Source of the DNA: Candidatus Latescibacterota bacterium
GTDB taxonomy: Bacteria > Latescibacterota > UBA2968 > UBA8231
Length of the DNA: 64,000 nt
Assembly: GCA_965248265.1 (NCBI GenBank)
Contig: CBDFJF010000001.1
Span: 2,080,001 to 2,144,000 of the forward strand
Direction of reading: 5' to 3'
Shown here: piece after piece, positions 47,121 through 57,713 of the stretch
Layout: every line of letters begins with the position of its first letter
Position numbering within the stretch: position 1 is the stretch's first letter
The notes under the pieces: model-generated
Told to the model about the DNA's origin: nothing
The model's input: the letters and a program-made list of their open reading frames with translations, nothing else
Database searches by the model: none
Program-made: the position numbers and the translations under genes

Positions 47121-49928
47121 ATGCGTCTGTTCTTGCTCATCTTCACCATCGGTTTCGTCGCTCAGGTAAACGGAGCGTCCACGGCGACAATTTCGGGTCG
47201 CGTCATCGACGGTGTCTCGGGTCTGCCCCTGCCCGGGGCTAACATCCTCATCGAGGACACCTCTCTAGGGACGGTCAGCGACCGCGACGGCAACTTCCGC
47301 CTAACTGGAATCACGGGGGGTTCGCGGACTGTAACCGTGACGTACATCGGCTATCAGACCATGTCGAGCTCGACCACGTTGACGCCCGGTCAGATCGCGC
47401 TCATCGATTTCGCCCTCGAGCCCGGGGTCATCATCGCCGACGGGATCATCGTGGTCGGTCAGCGGCTGCAGGGACAGGCCAGAGCCATCAACCAGCAGCG
47501 CGCCAGCGCCAACATCACGAACATCGTCGCCGCCGACCAGATCGGCCGCTTTCCCGACGCCAACATCGGCGACGCCATGAAGCGTATCCCCGGCATTGTC
47601 GTCGAGTACGACCAGGGTGAAGCCCGCTTCGGCCTGATCCGCGGCACGGAGGCCCGCATGAACTCCGTGATGCTCAACGGAGAGCGGGTACCCTCCGCCG
47701 AGGGCGCGATCCGAGCGGTGCAACTCGACCTGGTCCCGGCGGACATGATCCAGACCGTGGAGGTCAACAAGTCACTGACGCCGGACATGGACGCCGATGC
47801 CATTGGTGGCACCGTCAACCTGGTCACTCGGTCGGCTCCCGAAAGGTTGCGCATCTCCGGCACGTTGGGCAGCGGTTACAATTTCCTGTCCGAAAAACCG
47901 ATGGGCATCTCCTCAGTGCTCGTCGGCAATCGCTATCTCGATGGCCGTCTGGGCCTACTTGTCAGTGCCTCCTACCACAATCACCACCTCGGATCCGACA
48001 ACATCGAACCGGAATGGAAGGATGCCGACGAAGTGGCTTTCGTCGAAGAGATGCAGGTGCGCGAGTATGACGTGCATCGCATCCGCCGCAGCCTCGGCAG
48101 CTCCGTCGACTTCGAACTCGACGGTCGCAACCGCCTGTTCCTGCGTTCCATCTGGAACCAGCGCGACGACTACGAAAACCGCTACCGACTCAAGATCAAG
48201 GACTTGGGCCTGCCTGTAGAAGGGCAAACAGAGACCTGGGAGGTGGTTCGCGACTTGAAAGGCGGCAGCAGCGCCAATGACGACGGCCGCCTCGAAGACC
48301 AGAGCGCATCCAGCACGACGCTAGGAGGCGTGCACCTGGTCAGAGGGGACATCGAGGCTTCCTGGTCGGCGACCTACTCACGAGCCTCGGAAGACAAGCC
48401 CAACGAGCGTCACTTGGAGTACACCGTAGCTCGGGACGCGGACGATGGCGACTCCGGCATCGGCGTGCGCGCCAATCTTTCCGACCCGGAAAAGCCGCAA
48501 TTCTCCTTCCTCGATCCCGCGGACGTCGCCATCGGCGAGTTCGAGCTCAACGAGCTCAACGAGGAACACCAGTTCGTCGAGGAGACCGACATCAACGGGC
48601 GCATCGATGTCAAAATCCCGTGGCTTGCCGGCCGCTGGCACAACCGGATTGTCACGGGCCTGCGCCATCGCGGCAAGGACAAAAAACGCGACAACCGCTT
48701 CTTCGAGTACGCACCTATCGACGACGACGCTTTCGCCACCCTGGCGCAGGTTCCGACCACGGATGTGACGAATCCCGACTTTCTCGCCGGCGACTACGAG
48801 GCCGGCACGTTTCCCAGCGAAGCGTTTCTGGGCAGCCTGGATCTGACGGACGCGACACAGTTCGAACAGGAGGACAAACCCGACGAGTACGTTCCCGCCA
48901 ACTACGAAGCCACCGAAACTGTAGACGGCGGCTACCTGATGCTCGAGCAGGATTACGGCGAGGACTGGAGCTTCATCATCGGCCTCCGCCTGGAGCACAC
49001 CAGCATCGACTACACTGGCAACGAGCTGTTCATCGATCCAGACGCGGATGAGGAGTTTCGCACGACGCCGGTCAGCGGCGAAGAGTCCTACACCCATGCG
49101 CTGCCGGGGTTCCACGTACGCCACCAGATCGACGCTCGGACCGTCTTGCGCTTGGCCTGGACCAACACGATCTCGCGGCCCAACTACTACGACCTGGTGC
49201 CCTACCGCCAGGTCATCATCGAGGACGCCGTACTCTCCGAGGGCAACCCTGCACTCGACCCGACCACGTCAATGAACTTCGATATCACGGCGGAGCGCTA
49301 CCTCGAATCGGTGGGACTGATATCGGCGGGCGTGTTCACCAAGACCATCGACGACTTCACCTTCTTCTTCCTCGAAGAGGACTATCTCGATCCGGTAACG
49401 GGCCGGACCTTCGACGAGTACCTGCAGCCGCGCAACGGCAAAGGCGCCTCGTTATCCGGCTTCGAACTGGCCCTGCAGCGCCAACTCGACTTCGTTCCGG
49501 CGGTGACTGGCCTCGGCATCTACGCGAACTACACCTACACCGACTCCGAGATAGACGAGCTCCCCATCCAGGGCCGCGAAAATGACAAACTGTCACTGCC
49601 AGGTACCGCCAAGCACTCCCTGAACGGCTCTCTCTCATACGAGCGCGGCCTGGTCACCGTGCGCTTATCGGCCAACTACAACAGCTCGCACATCGATGCC
49701 GCCGCAGGAGAGTTTCGCGACGATGCCTTCTCGGATCGTTATTACGACTCGGCCACGCACGTAGACCTGAACGGATCCGTGCGGCTCACGCCACAGGTGC
49801 GCGTGTTCTTCGAAGCCAACAACCTCTCCAATCAACCCTTACGGTTTTACCAGGGGATCGAGGAACGAACCGCGCAAGCGGAGTACTACGACCGCCGATT
49901 CAGCCTCGGTCTGAAGTTCGACCTGTAA
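47121..49928 (+). CDS. TonB-dependent receptor with N-terminal carboxypeptidase-regulatory-like domain
   Basis: Signal peptide; G.V.D...G.PLPGANI, IGRFPD.NI.DA.KRIPG, plug VEVNK..TPDMDADAIGGTVNL; C-terminal LGLKFDL. Confidence 0.93.
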   Translation: MRLFLLIFTIGFVAQVNGASTATISGRVIDGVSGLPLPGANILIEDTSLGTVSDRDGNFRLTGITGGSRTVTVTYIGYQTMSSSTTLTPGQIALIDFALEPGVIIADGIIVVGQRLQGQARAINQQRASANITNIVAADQIGRFPDANIGDAMKRIPGIVVEYDQGEARFGLIRGTEARMNSVMLNGERVPSAEGAIRAVQLDLVPADMIQTVEVNKSLTPDMDADAIGGTVNLVTRSAPERLRISGTLGSGYNFLSEKPMGISSVLVGNRYLDGRLGLLVSASYHNHHLGSDNIEPEWKDADEVAFVEEMQVREYDVHRIRRSLGSSVDFELDGRNRLFLRSIWNQRDDYENRYRLKIKDLGLPVEGQTETWEVVRDLKGGSSANDDGRLEDQSASSTTLGGVHLVRGDIEASWSATYSRASEDKPNERHLEYTVARDADDGDSGIGVRANLSDPEKPQFSFLDPADVAIGEFELNELNEEHQFVEETDINGRIDVKIPWLAGRWHNRIVTGLRHRGKDKKRDNRFFEYAPIDDDAFATLAQVPTTDVTNPDFLAGDYEAGTFPSEAFLGSLDLTDATQFEQEDKPDEYVPANYEATETVDGGYLMLEQDYGEDWSFIIGLRLEHTSIDYTGNELFIDPDADEEFRTTPVSGEESYTHALPGFHVRHQIDARTVLRLAWTNTISRPNYYDLVPYRQVIIEDAVLSEGNPALDPTTSMNFDITAERYLESVGLISAGVFTKTIDDFTFFFLEEDYLDPVTGRTFDEYLQPRNGKGASLSGFELALQRQLDFVPAVTGLGIYANYTYTDSEIDELPIQGRENDKLSLPGTAKHSLNGSLSYERGLVTVRLSANYNSSHIDAAAGEFRDDAFSDRYYDSATHVDLNGSVRLTPQVRVFFEANNLSNQPLRFYQGIEERTAQAEYYDRRFSLGLKFDL

Positions 49929-49930
49929 GC

Positions 49931-51004
49931 ATGAGGTATTTCAGCGCGGCCGACGGCCAGGCATTCGGTCTGCTCCTCACACTGGTCACTACGATTTCCG
50001 GCTGTGCCTCAGGGATGCTGTCGGCATCCTCCGTGGTCGTCGGCGAAACCTGGATGTCGCCGTGGTCACAGGAGGACAACATCGATTCCCCAGCGGTCTG
50101 GCACGGTCCGGCGGGGCAGCACTGGGTCATTGCCACGGCCAAATCGACCCATCAGCTCCTCGTCTACGATGCTCGAGATGGTCGACTCCTGCGCCGCGCG
50201 GGCAACGCCGGCTCAGGAGCCGGACAGCTGCTGCGCCCCAACGGTATCACCATCGTCGACGACATGGCACTCGTGGTCGAACGCGACAACCACCGGGTGC
50301 AGGCCTTTGCACTGCCAGACCTCGTGCCTGCCGGTGAGTTCGGCGCGGACGTACTCCGTCGACCCTACGGCATAGCTGCGGCCCCGGACACGACCGCCGG
50401 CACTTACCGAGTCTTCATCACCGACAACTACATGACGGCTTCCGGAGAAATACCGCCTGACGGCGATTTGGGTGAACGCGTGCGGTCGTTCATCGTCACC
50501 GTCGACAGAGAGGCGGTGCGGGCCGAAGCTGCGATCGTCTTCGGCGACACCACTGGCCCTGGGTGCCTCCGGCAGGTAGAATCCGTCGGCGTCGATCCCC
50601 TCCAGCAGCGATTAGTCATCGTCGAAGAGCTGGAAGGCGCGCTGAAGATCTACGGTATGGACGGACGATTTCGCGACCTCGTAGTTGGGGGGGACGTCTT
50701 TCGGCGCCAGCCGGAAGGCATCGCCCTGCACGGCTGCGCCAATGGCAGAGGTTACTGGATAGTCGCCGACCAGGCACCGACGGAGAACCGGTTTCTGTTG
50801 TTCCGGCGGGATGACTTCGCTTACCTTGGCGCCTTCGAAGGCTCGGTCACAGCGCATACGGACGGAGTGGCGCTTACACAGCCACACTTCGGGCAGTTCA
50901 GCGGCGGCGCCTTTTATGCGGTGCATGACGATGGCGGAGTCGCGGCATTCGACTGGGCGCGCGTGTTGTCCGATCTCAACCTCGATCCCGAATGCAGCGA
51001 GTGA
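49931..51004 (+). CDS. Beta-propeller phytase (3-phytase-like), probable lipoprotein
   Basis: ISGC lipobox-like; DSPAVW, IATAK, L.VYD..G, PYG, PEGIAL, GYWIVADQ, TDG, F..G.F.A..D. Confidence 0.75.
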   Translation: MRYFSAADGQAFGLLLTLVTTISGCASGMLSASSVVVGETWMSPWSQEDNIDSPAVWHGPAGQHWVIATAKSTHQLLVYDARDGRLLRRAGNAGSGAGQLLRPNGITIVDDMALVVERDNHRVQAFALPDLVPAGEFGADVLRRPYGIAAAPDTTAGTYRVFITDNYMTASGEIPPDGDLGERVRSFIVTVDREAVRAEAAIVFGDTTGPGCLRQVESVGVDPLQQRLVIVEELEGALKIYGMDGRFRDLVVGGDVFRRQPEGIALHGCANGRGYWIVADQAPTENRFLLFRRDDFAYLGAFEGSVTAHTDGVALTQPHFGQFSGGAFYAVHDDGGVAAFDWARVLSDLNLDPECSE

Positions 51005-51142
51005 GTGACGAAACCCAACAACCAAGTCCCGATAGGGTTGCTTCGATCTCGACATGACGCCAGGATGAATCGTGTCAGTCTATGGCCGGAGAAGATCCTT
51101 TAGATCCAATTGCATCCCTCCCGATAGTCAGAGGAACTCCAA

Positions 51143-52321
51143 TTGAACCGCAGAGAAGCTCCGGCGGTAAACGTTCACGTCAGTGGCAGAGAGAGCAAAG
51201 CCATAGGCTTGAGCCTGGGCAGGAAGATCGGCCTGCTGGACGCTACTACTCAGCCGACAAGTAGCGAGAAGTTCGACAAGGGCAAATGGGACGCCCTGCA
51301 CCGGCAGCTCACCGTCGTCGACTCCTACTCGGCCGCCGTCGACATCGATGAGCTCCAGAGAGGCAGGGTGAACGTCGTGATCCAGGCGCTGGGTGCAGAA
51401 GAACTGCTGGTTAGCATACCAACCGAGGATGACGATGGCCTGCCGCTGCCCGGTGTGAAAATCTGGAAGCATGCCTTCGAAGGTGCCGAGCTTGTCGAAC
51501 GTGTCTGCCAGGTCATCGACGAGCACCGTCGTTTCGTTGACGCCTATGAGGATTACATCGGGCTGGCTCTCAGTGAAAGCGACGTGCGCCGCCTAGTCGG
51601 CGAGGGCAAAGTGGCCATGGTGATGATGCTGGTCAGCGGCTTGATCGCCGACGATCTCGACAACCTGCGCACCTACTACGACCTGGGTATCCGCACCATG
51701 GCGCTATGCCACCTGGGCAATGTCGGCTGGGCCGATTCGATGGCGGAACTGAAGGAATCCCCCGGACTCACGGACTTCGGCCGCGATGTCGTCAGAGCCT
51801 GTCAGGATTGGGGCATCCTCGTCGACCTGTCCCATGCCTCGGACCCGACATGCTGGCACGCCCTCGAAGTTTCGACAAGGCCGATCATGGCGACACATAC
51901 CAAGTGTCGCACTCTGACCGGCAGCTCCCGCGACCTGAGCGATGAACTGATCCGCGCCATCGCCGACACCGGTGGTGTGGTCGGGATCCTGGCTCCCACT
52001 CCGAAGACGGCTGACGAAAGCGGGGAATACCGCCTCCAGCGCGACCGGCGTTTGATGGAGAACTACCCGGACCCCTTCGAGCTGGCCGAGGCCAAGCTGG
52101 CGGACGCCGAGACCTGGGGCACCAAACTCGATCTGGAGAGCATCGATCACGCCGTCAAGGTCGCCGGCATCGATCACGTGGGCCTGGCTTCACACTTCCA
52201 GAATGTGCCTCAGTGGCGGGAATTCACCGGAGCGCTGATGGACCACGGCTACAAGCAAGAAGAGGCGGCCCAGATCCTGGGGGAAAACCACCTCCGGGTG
52301 CTTCGCGAGACCATCGATTGA
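51143..52321 (+). CDS. Membrane dipeptidase (peptidase M19)-like protein, active site degenerate
   Basis: YY.LGIR.M.L.H, GLT.FGR.VV.....GILVDLSH, P.MATH, R.LSDE.I.AIA..GGVVG, G.DHVGL, ILGEN.LRV; start uncertain. Confidence 0.78.
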   Translation: MNRREAPAVNVHVSGRESKAIGLSLGRKIGLLDATTQPTSSEKFDKGKWDALHRQLTVVDSYSAAVDIDELQRGRVNVVIQALGAEELLVSIPTEDDDGLPLPGVKIWKHAFEGAELVERVCQVIDEHRRFVDAYEDYIGLALSESDVRRLVGEGKVAMVMMLVSGLIADDLDNLRTYYDLGIRTMALCHLGNVGWADSMAELKESPGLTDFGRDVVRACQDWGILVDLSHASDPTCWHALEVSTRPIMATHTKCRTLTGSSRDLSDELIRAIADTGGVVGILAPTPKTADESGEYRLQRDRRLMENYPDPFELAEAKLADAETWGTKLDLESIDHAVKVAGIDHVGLASHFQNVPQWREFTGALMDHGYKQEEAAQILGENHLRVLRETID

Positions 52322-52343
52322 TAGGGCGACTCGCGCGGGCGGT

Positions 52344-53408
52344 CTAGCCGCCCCCTCGGGAATACCCTCCAACGATGCGTTCGATCGCTGCAGCGAACGC
52401 TTCGACATCCTCTTCCGTCGTATCGAAGGCCGACATCCACCGCACCTTGCTGGTGGGCGCCATCAGATCGAAGCAGTAGAAGTGGAATTCCTCCTGCAGG
52501 GGGACCACACAAGGTGTCGGAATCTCGGCAAACACTCCATTGGCCTGGGTCGGGAACAGGACGTCGACACCGCGCACGCCGCTCACCTTCGATGACAGCA
52601 ACTTCGCCATGCGATTGGCGTGGCGGGCACAGCGCAACCACAGATCGCCACCCAGAAGCGCTTCGAGCTGGGCGCTGACGAAGCGCATCTTCGATGCCAG
52701 CTGGAGTCCCTGCTTGCGGACGTACTTGAAATCCGTCGCCAGCTTCGGATCGAAGAACACGACCGCTTCACCGATCATCATCCCGTTCTTGGTACCGCCG
52801 AACGACAGCACATCCACCCCCGCGTCTCGGGTCAACGCCCGCAGCGGCACATCCAGGTGAGCGGCCGCATTGGCCACCCGCGCGCCGTCCATGTGCAGGA
52901 ACAGTCCCTGCTCGTGGACGAAATCAGCTAATACACGCGTTTCTTCGATTGAGTAAACGGTTCCCGTCTCCGTCGCCTGCGTCATCAATACCACACGCGG
53001 TTGACTGGCGTGCTCGAAGCCCACTGAGCGGATCTGCGGGCGCACGGTGTCGATCGTCAGCTTGCCCCCCACGGAAGGCACCGGAATCGCCCGAGCACCG
53101 GTGAACCGCTCGATGGCGCCACACTCATCGTTGTGGATGTGCGAGGTCTCGGCGCAGATGACGCAGTGGTAGGGCGCCGACAATCCCGCGACACTGAGTA
53201 CATTGGCCGCAGAGCCGTTCAGAACAAAGAACACCTCTGAGTCCTCGCCGAAGTGCTGGCGAAATGCCGCCACCGCCCGTTCGGTGTAGGGGTCGGCGCC
53301 GTAGGCCATCACATGGCCGACATTGGCATCGATGATGGCCTGCAACACCTCCGGATGCATGCCGGCGTGGGTGTCGCTGGCAAAACTACGCTCCTGTTTT
53401 GGCTCCAA
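52344..53408 (-). CDS. ltaE: Low-specificity L-threonine aldolase
   Basis: SFASD..AG, AYG.D, HI..DECGA.E, LHMDGAR.ANA, SFGGTKNG, KQ..QL.SKMR; TTG start after GGAG-rich RBS. Confidence 0.9.
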   Translation of the reverse strand: MEPKQERSFASDTHAGMHPEVLQAIIDANVGHVMAYGADPYTERAVAAFRQHFGEDSEVFFVLNGSAANVLSVAGLSAPYHCVICAETSHIHNDECGAIERFTGARAIPVPSVGGKLTIDTVRPQIRSVGFEHASQPRVVLMTQATETGTVYSIEETRVLADFVHEQGLFLHMDGARVANAAAHLDVPLRALTRDAGVDVLSFGGTKNGMMIGEAVVFFDPKLATDFKYVRKQGLQLASKMRFVSAQLEALLGGDLWLRCARHANRMAKLLSSKVSGVRGVDVLFPTQANGVFAEIPTPCVVPLQEEFHFYCFDLMAPTSKVRWMSAFDTTEEDVEAFAAAIERIVGGYSRGGG

Positions 53409-53539
53409 GTTTCCTCTCCCCTGAGCGGATTCGATGGTTTGGCATTGTGCGTGATGTACACTTTGTTCAATCACATTGTCCATTCGGCCGATGCGAATAT
53501 AACCCCCGTGTGGATATTCGTGAATAGGAGTAGCGTTTC

Positions 53540-54505
53540 ATGGAGTACACGACGTTGGGAAGAACCGGCTTGCGAGTCAGCGTGGCGGGATTGGGATGCG
53601 GCGGCTTCAGCCGCCTCGGTCAGAGCGCCGGACGCAGTGTGGAGGAGTCCGTGGCCGTTGTCCGCCAAGCGTTGGATCTGGGCATCAACTTCGTCGACAC
53701 CGCCGCCGGATATCACACCGAGCCGATCGTGGGCAAAGCCCTCCAGGGAGTTGGTCGGGACACTGTGGTCCTGTCCACCAAAGCATCGATCGCCAAGGAC
53801 GACAAGCGGGAATCTCCTGCACAGATAGTGAGCAGTCTGGATCAGTCGCTGAAGAACCTTCGAGTGGACTGCATCGACGTGTTTCATCTCCATGGCGTGG
53901 AAGCCCGGGATTGTGACTACGCCTGCGACGAGATCGTGCCAGCCGTGTTACGCGAACGCGACAGGGGCAAGTTCCGCTTCCTGGGGATCACGGAGATCCC
54001 ACCACACGACCCCGGCCACGAGTCCCTGGTGCAGGCGCTGCCGACAAACCTGTTCGACGTGACCATGGTCGCCTACCACATGCTGCATCAGTCCGCACGC
54101 CGGCTGATCTTGCCGCTCGCCGTAGAGAAAAACGTCGGAGTCCTCATCATGTTTGCCGTGCGTGTGATTTTCAGCGCGCCGGGCTGGCTGCAGCGCGTCG
54201 TCGGCGAGCTGGTCGAATCGGGACACCTACCACCGGAATTGAAGGACGACCCGGAACCCCTGGGATTCCTCCTGCGCGACGGGAACGCCCGCAGTGTAAT
54301 CGATGCGGCCTACCGCTACTGCCGCCACACACCGGGCACGGACGTGGTTCTGTTCGGAACCGGGGACCCGGACCACGTGCGAGCCAATGTCGAATCCATT
54401 CTGAGCCCGCCACTGCCGCCGGCCCACGTGCAGAAACTGGAGGCGCTGTTCGGGGCGCTGACGGACGTGGGACTGGATCTTCCCGCACCCGTGGACGAAG
54501 GATGA
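53540..54505 (+). CDS. Aldo/keto reductase
   Basis: LGRTGL.VS..GLG, GINF.DTA..Y, STK, D.IDVFHLH. Confidence 0.88.
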   Translation: MEYTTLGRTGLRVSVAGLGCGGFSRLGQSAGRSVEESVAVVRQALDLGINFVDTAAGYHTEPIVGKALQGVGRDTVVLSTKASIAKDDKRESPAQIVSSLDQSLKNLRVDCIDVFHLHGVEARDCDYACDEIVPAVLRERDRGKFRFLGITEIPPHDPGHESLVQALPTNLFDVTMVAYHMLHQSARRLILPLAVEKNVGVLIMFAVRVIFSAPGWLQRVVGELVESGHLPPELKDDPEPLGFLLRDGNARSVIDAAYRYCRHTPGTDVVLFGTGDPDHVRANVESILSPPLPPAHVQKLEALFGALTDVGLDLPAPVDEG

Positions 54506-54584
54506 CTCCCTGCCTGACGCTTGACGTGATCGTCTTAGTCGACGGACACTGCCCGGAGCGGCCATCGTCCGGTAGCGAGCCGCG

Positions 54585-55943
54585 ATGACCGCGTCCGATA
54601 CCGAAGCACCGATCGACGCCAACCCGTGGGAGCGCGCCCGCCGCGTGTGGCGCCTGGCCGTGCCCTCGGCGGCCGAGGCCATGCTGGGTATGTTGGTCGG
54701 GCTCGTGAACATTTACCTGGTGGGTCATCTGGGCGCGACCTCCATCGCCGCTGTCGGACTCGGGTGGCATGTGGCCCTGTCGGTCATGATTCTGTTCACT
54801 GGGGTAGGTACGGGGGCAACCGCCCTCGTCGCCCGCATGGTCGGCGCTCGGGACTGGGTCGGCGCCAACCGGGTAGTGATGCAGGCCGTCACCATCGCCT
54901 TCACGGTCGGCGTTTTGGCCACCGTGCTCCTCTTCGGCTTCGCTGAACCAGCCCTGGCTGTGATGGGTGCCGAAGGCGAGGTCCTGACCCAGGCGACCTT
55001 GTTCCTGCAGGCCATCAGTTCCGTCTTCTCCATCTCCGCCATCACCTTCGTCGGCAACGCCTGCATGCGGGGCGCCGGCGACGCCCGCACGCCAATGTTG
55101 GTTATGATGGTCGTTAACCTCGTCAACGTGGCCGTTGCCTGGGTCTTGGTTCAGGGTGTGGGACCCTTTCCTGCCCTTGGCGTTCTGGGAGCTGGGATCG
55201 GCTCGGCGGTCGGTCGTTCCCTGGGGGCCCTGCTCGTCATCGGTCTGTTGCTGCGCGGCCGGGCCGGCCTACGTCTGCGCTGGCACGGTCCGGACCCTGA
55301 CATCATCAAACGCCTGCTGCGGGTCGGCCTCCCAGCGTCACTGGACCAACTCATCCACCGGTTGGGCATGCTCTCCTTCGTCCGCATCGTCGCCACCCTG
55401 GGCACGGCCTCCTTCGCCGCCCATCAGATAGCCCTGAACGCCGAATCCATATTCTTCATGCCAGGTTGGGGATTCGCCATGGCCGCGACGACGCTGGTCG
55501 GCCAGGGACTGGGTGCGCGCGACCCCAGACAAGCAGAACGCGACGCCGTGCTCACCTTCTACATCGCCGCCGCTTTCATGTCGACGATGGGCATAGCCTT
55601 CCTCGTTTTCGCTCCGCAGTTCATCGGGCTGTTCACCGACGATCCCGAAGTCATCGCCGCCGGCAGCATGCCGCTGAGGTTGATCGGCCTCGCACAACCC
55701 TTCCTCGCTGCAATGATGATCTTTGGAGGCGGCTTGCGGGGCGCCGGCGATACCCTGACCCCAATGTGGATCAACGGCGGAGCCATCTGGCTCCTGCGCA
55801 TTCCACTGTCGTTGTTGGTGACCTACTGGTTGGGCTGGGGATTGACCGGTGTATGGATGGTCATGTCCTTCGATCTGGCCGTGCGTGGCGGTCTCATGTT
55901 CCGGCAGTTCAGGCGAGGCGGGTGGAAGAAGATGAGAGTGTAG
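54585..55943 (+). CDS. MATE family efflux transporter
   Basis: About 12 TM; RGAGD.RTPM, ATTLVGQ.LGA, GLRGAGDT..PM, F..G.WK. Confidence 0.93.
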   Translation: MTASDTEAPIDANPWERARRVWRLAVPSAAEAMLGMLVGLVNIYLVGHLGATSIAAVGLGWHVALSVMILFTGVGTGATALVARMVGARDWVGANRVVMQAVTIAFTVGVLATVLLFGFAEPALAVMGAEGEVLTQATLFLQAISSVFSISAITFVGNACMRGAGDARTPMLVMMVVNLVNVAVAWVLVQGVGPFPALGVLGAGIGSAVGRSLGALLVIGLLLRGRAGLRLRWHGPDPDIIKRLLRVGLPASLDQLIHRLGMLSFVRIVATLGTASFAAHQIALNAESIFFMPGWGFAMAATTLVGQGLGARDPRQAERDAVLTFYIAAAFMSTMGIAFLVFAPQFIGLFTDDPEVIAAGSMPLRLIGLAQPFLAAMMIFGGGLRGAGDTLTPMWINGGAIWLLRIPLSLLVTYWLGWGLTGVWMVMSFDLAVRGGLMFRQFRRGGWKKMRV

Positions 55944-55955
55944 ACCGATCCGCCA

Positions 55956-56840
55956 CTACACCGGCACTGCCCCTGCCGCCGCGAGCCGGCGTTTGGCTTC
56001 CTCGTAGACTTCGCCGGACAACGGACCCCGTCGAGCAGCCTCCGCGTTCTGGCGCAGGTGTTCCACATTCTGACTGCCGACGATGATCGTGTGGATAGCG
56101 GAATGCGACAGCGTCAGGCGGAGCATGAAGGCGGTCTTCGTGTCCCCGTCCCGGAGCTCGTCGAGTTTTGCCTGGTCCCACAGGTTCCATGCGTCGGCCC
56201 CCCCACGACTGCTGAGCCCGGGTTCGCCCTGGTGGACCCCGCCTCGAATGATCGTGCCCATGCCGGCCTTCGCCGCCTTCGTGATCCACTCCTCATTGGT
56301 GCGAGACAAGCCCGAGTAGGGAATCTGGAACGTATCGAAGACACCCTTTTCCGTGAAGACACCCAAGTGCGGTGAAGACGTGGAGGCGCCGATCCAGCGC
56401 ACCTTACCCTGGCCGCGCATTTCTTCTAGGGCGTCAACCAGTCCTCCCTCATCAACATGCTCCGGTGTCGCTCCGTGCAATTGCATGATGTCGATGTAGT
56501 CGGTCTGCAGCCGTTTCAAGCTGCGCTCGAGGCCTATGAACAGATTCTCCCGAGTCCACTCGCGACCCTTCGGAATGCACCCGCACTTGGTCGCCAGCGT
56601 GTATTCATCCCGTCGATGGGAGAGAAAACGGCCAATAAAGGGCTCACTGCGACCGTAGCAGTCAGCGGTGTCTATGAAGTTGATCCCATTGTCGAGTACG
56701 GTGTTGAGGACGGCTTCAGCGTGGTCGTCCTCGATAGGCCATTTGTTGCTCGCGTCCCTCAGGGCCATGCCGCCAAAACCAAGACGGGTAACTTCGATTC
56801 CGGTGCGCCCCAGCGTGGCTTCAGTCAGTTCATTCGGCAT
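55956..56840 (-). CDS. Aldo/keto reductase
   Basis: LGRTG.EV..LGFG.M, GINFIDTA..YG.SE, ATKCG, TDYID..QLH, GKVR.IG.S. Confidence 0.9.
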   Translation of the reverse strand: MPNELTEATLGRTGIEVTRLGFGGMALRDASNKWPIEDDHAEAVLNTVLDNGINFIDTADCYGRSEPFIGRFLSHRRDEYTLATKCGCIPKGREWTRENLFIGLERSLKRLQTDYIDIMQLHGATPEHVDEGGLVDALEEMRGQGKVRWIGASTSSPHLGVFTEKGVFDTFQIPYSGLSRTNEEWITKAAKAGMGTIIRGGVHQGEPGLSSRGGADAWNLWDQAKLDELRDGDTKTAFMLRLTLSHSAIHTIIVGSQNVEHLRQNAEAARRGPLSGEVYEEAKRRLAAAGAVPV

Positions 56841-56973
56841 GGCGATCCTCTTTGGTTTCTTGATAAGCTTCGGTAGTGTATTGAATAGTTGACCTGCAAG
56901 ATAGACTGCTGGCCCGCAGCCCTGCTTCCGTGTTACTTTGTTTGCTGCTGGACGGATACGAAAGGAGTTTCTG

Positions 56974-57711
56974 ATGGAGGTGATCATTGCAGAGGACGCC
57001 GCGGAGATGGGACGCACCGCGGCCGACGACGGGGCCGTGCTGATTCGCCGGGCCATCGAGAAGCGCGGCAGCGCCAACATCATCGTGGCGACGGGGGCAT
57101 CTCAGTTCGAGGTGTTCGCTGCCCTGACCTCGATAGGTGATATCGATTGGTCGAGAGTCAACGGTTTCCACCTCGACGAGTACATCGGCTTGCCGTTGTC
57201 TCACCCGGCTTCGTTCCGTGGTTACCTGAAGGAGCGCTTCGTCGACAAGGTGCCCCTGGCCGCCTTCCATTACGTCGACGGTGAAACCGATCCGACGTCT
57301 GAGTGCCAGCGTCTGGGAGCACTGATTACCGAGCATCCGATCGACGTGGCCTTCGTCGGCATCGGCGAGAACGGCCACCTGGCGTTCAATGACCCTCCGG
57401 CGGATTTCGACACCGAGCAACCCTACATCGTCGTGACGCTGGATGAGGGATGCCGTAAGCAACAACATGGCGAGGGCTGGTTCAAGACATTCGACGACGT
57501 CCCCGAGCAAGCCATCAGCATGTCCATCAAACAGATCCTGTTGTCCCGTACAATCGTTTGCAGCGTGCCGGACGAGCGCAAAGCTGGTGCGGTCGTACGT
57601 GCGATCGAAGGTCCGGTTACACCGCAAGTGCCGGCTTCCATCCTGCAACAGCATCCCAGAACCACCATCTATCTCGACGCGGCAGCGGCGAGTCAGCTGA
57701 CCTCGGACTGA
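56974..57711 (+). CDS. nagB: Glucosamine-6-phosphate deaminase
   Basis: ATGASQ, FHLDEY.GL...[24 protein letters not shown]. Confidence 0.9.
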   Translation: MEVIIAEDAAEMGRTAADDGAVLIRRAIEKRGSANIIVATGASQFEVFAALTSIGDIDWSRVNGFHLDEYIGLPLSHPASFRGYLKERFVDKVPLAAFHYVDGETDPTSECQRLGALITEHPIDVAFVGIGENGHLAFNDPPADFDTEQPYIVVTLDEGCRKQQHGEGWFKTFDDVPEQAISMSIKQILLSRTIVCSVPDERKAGAVVRAIEGPVTPQVPASILQQHPRTTIYLDAAAASQLTSD

Positions 57712-57713
57712 CA

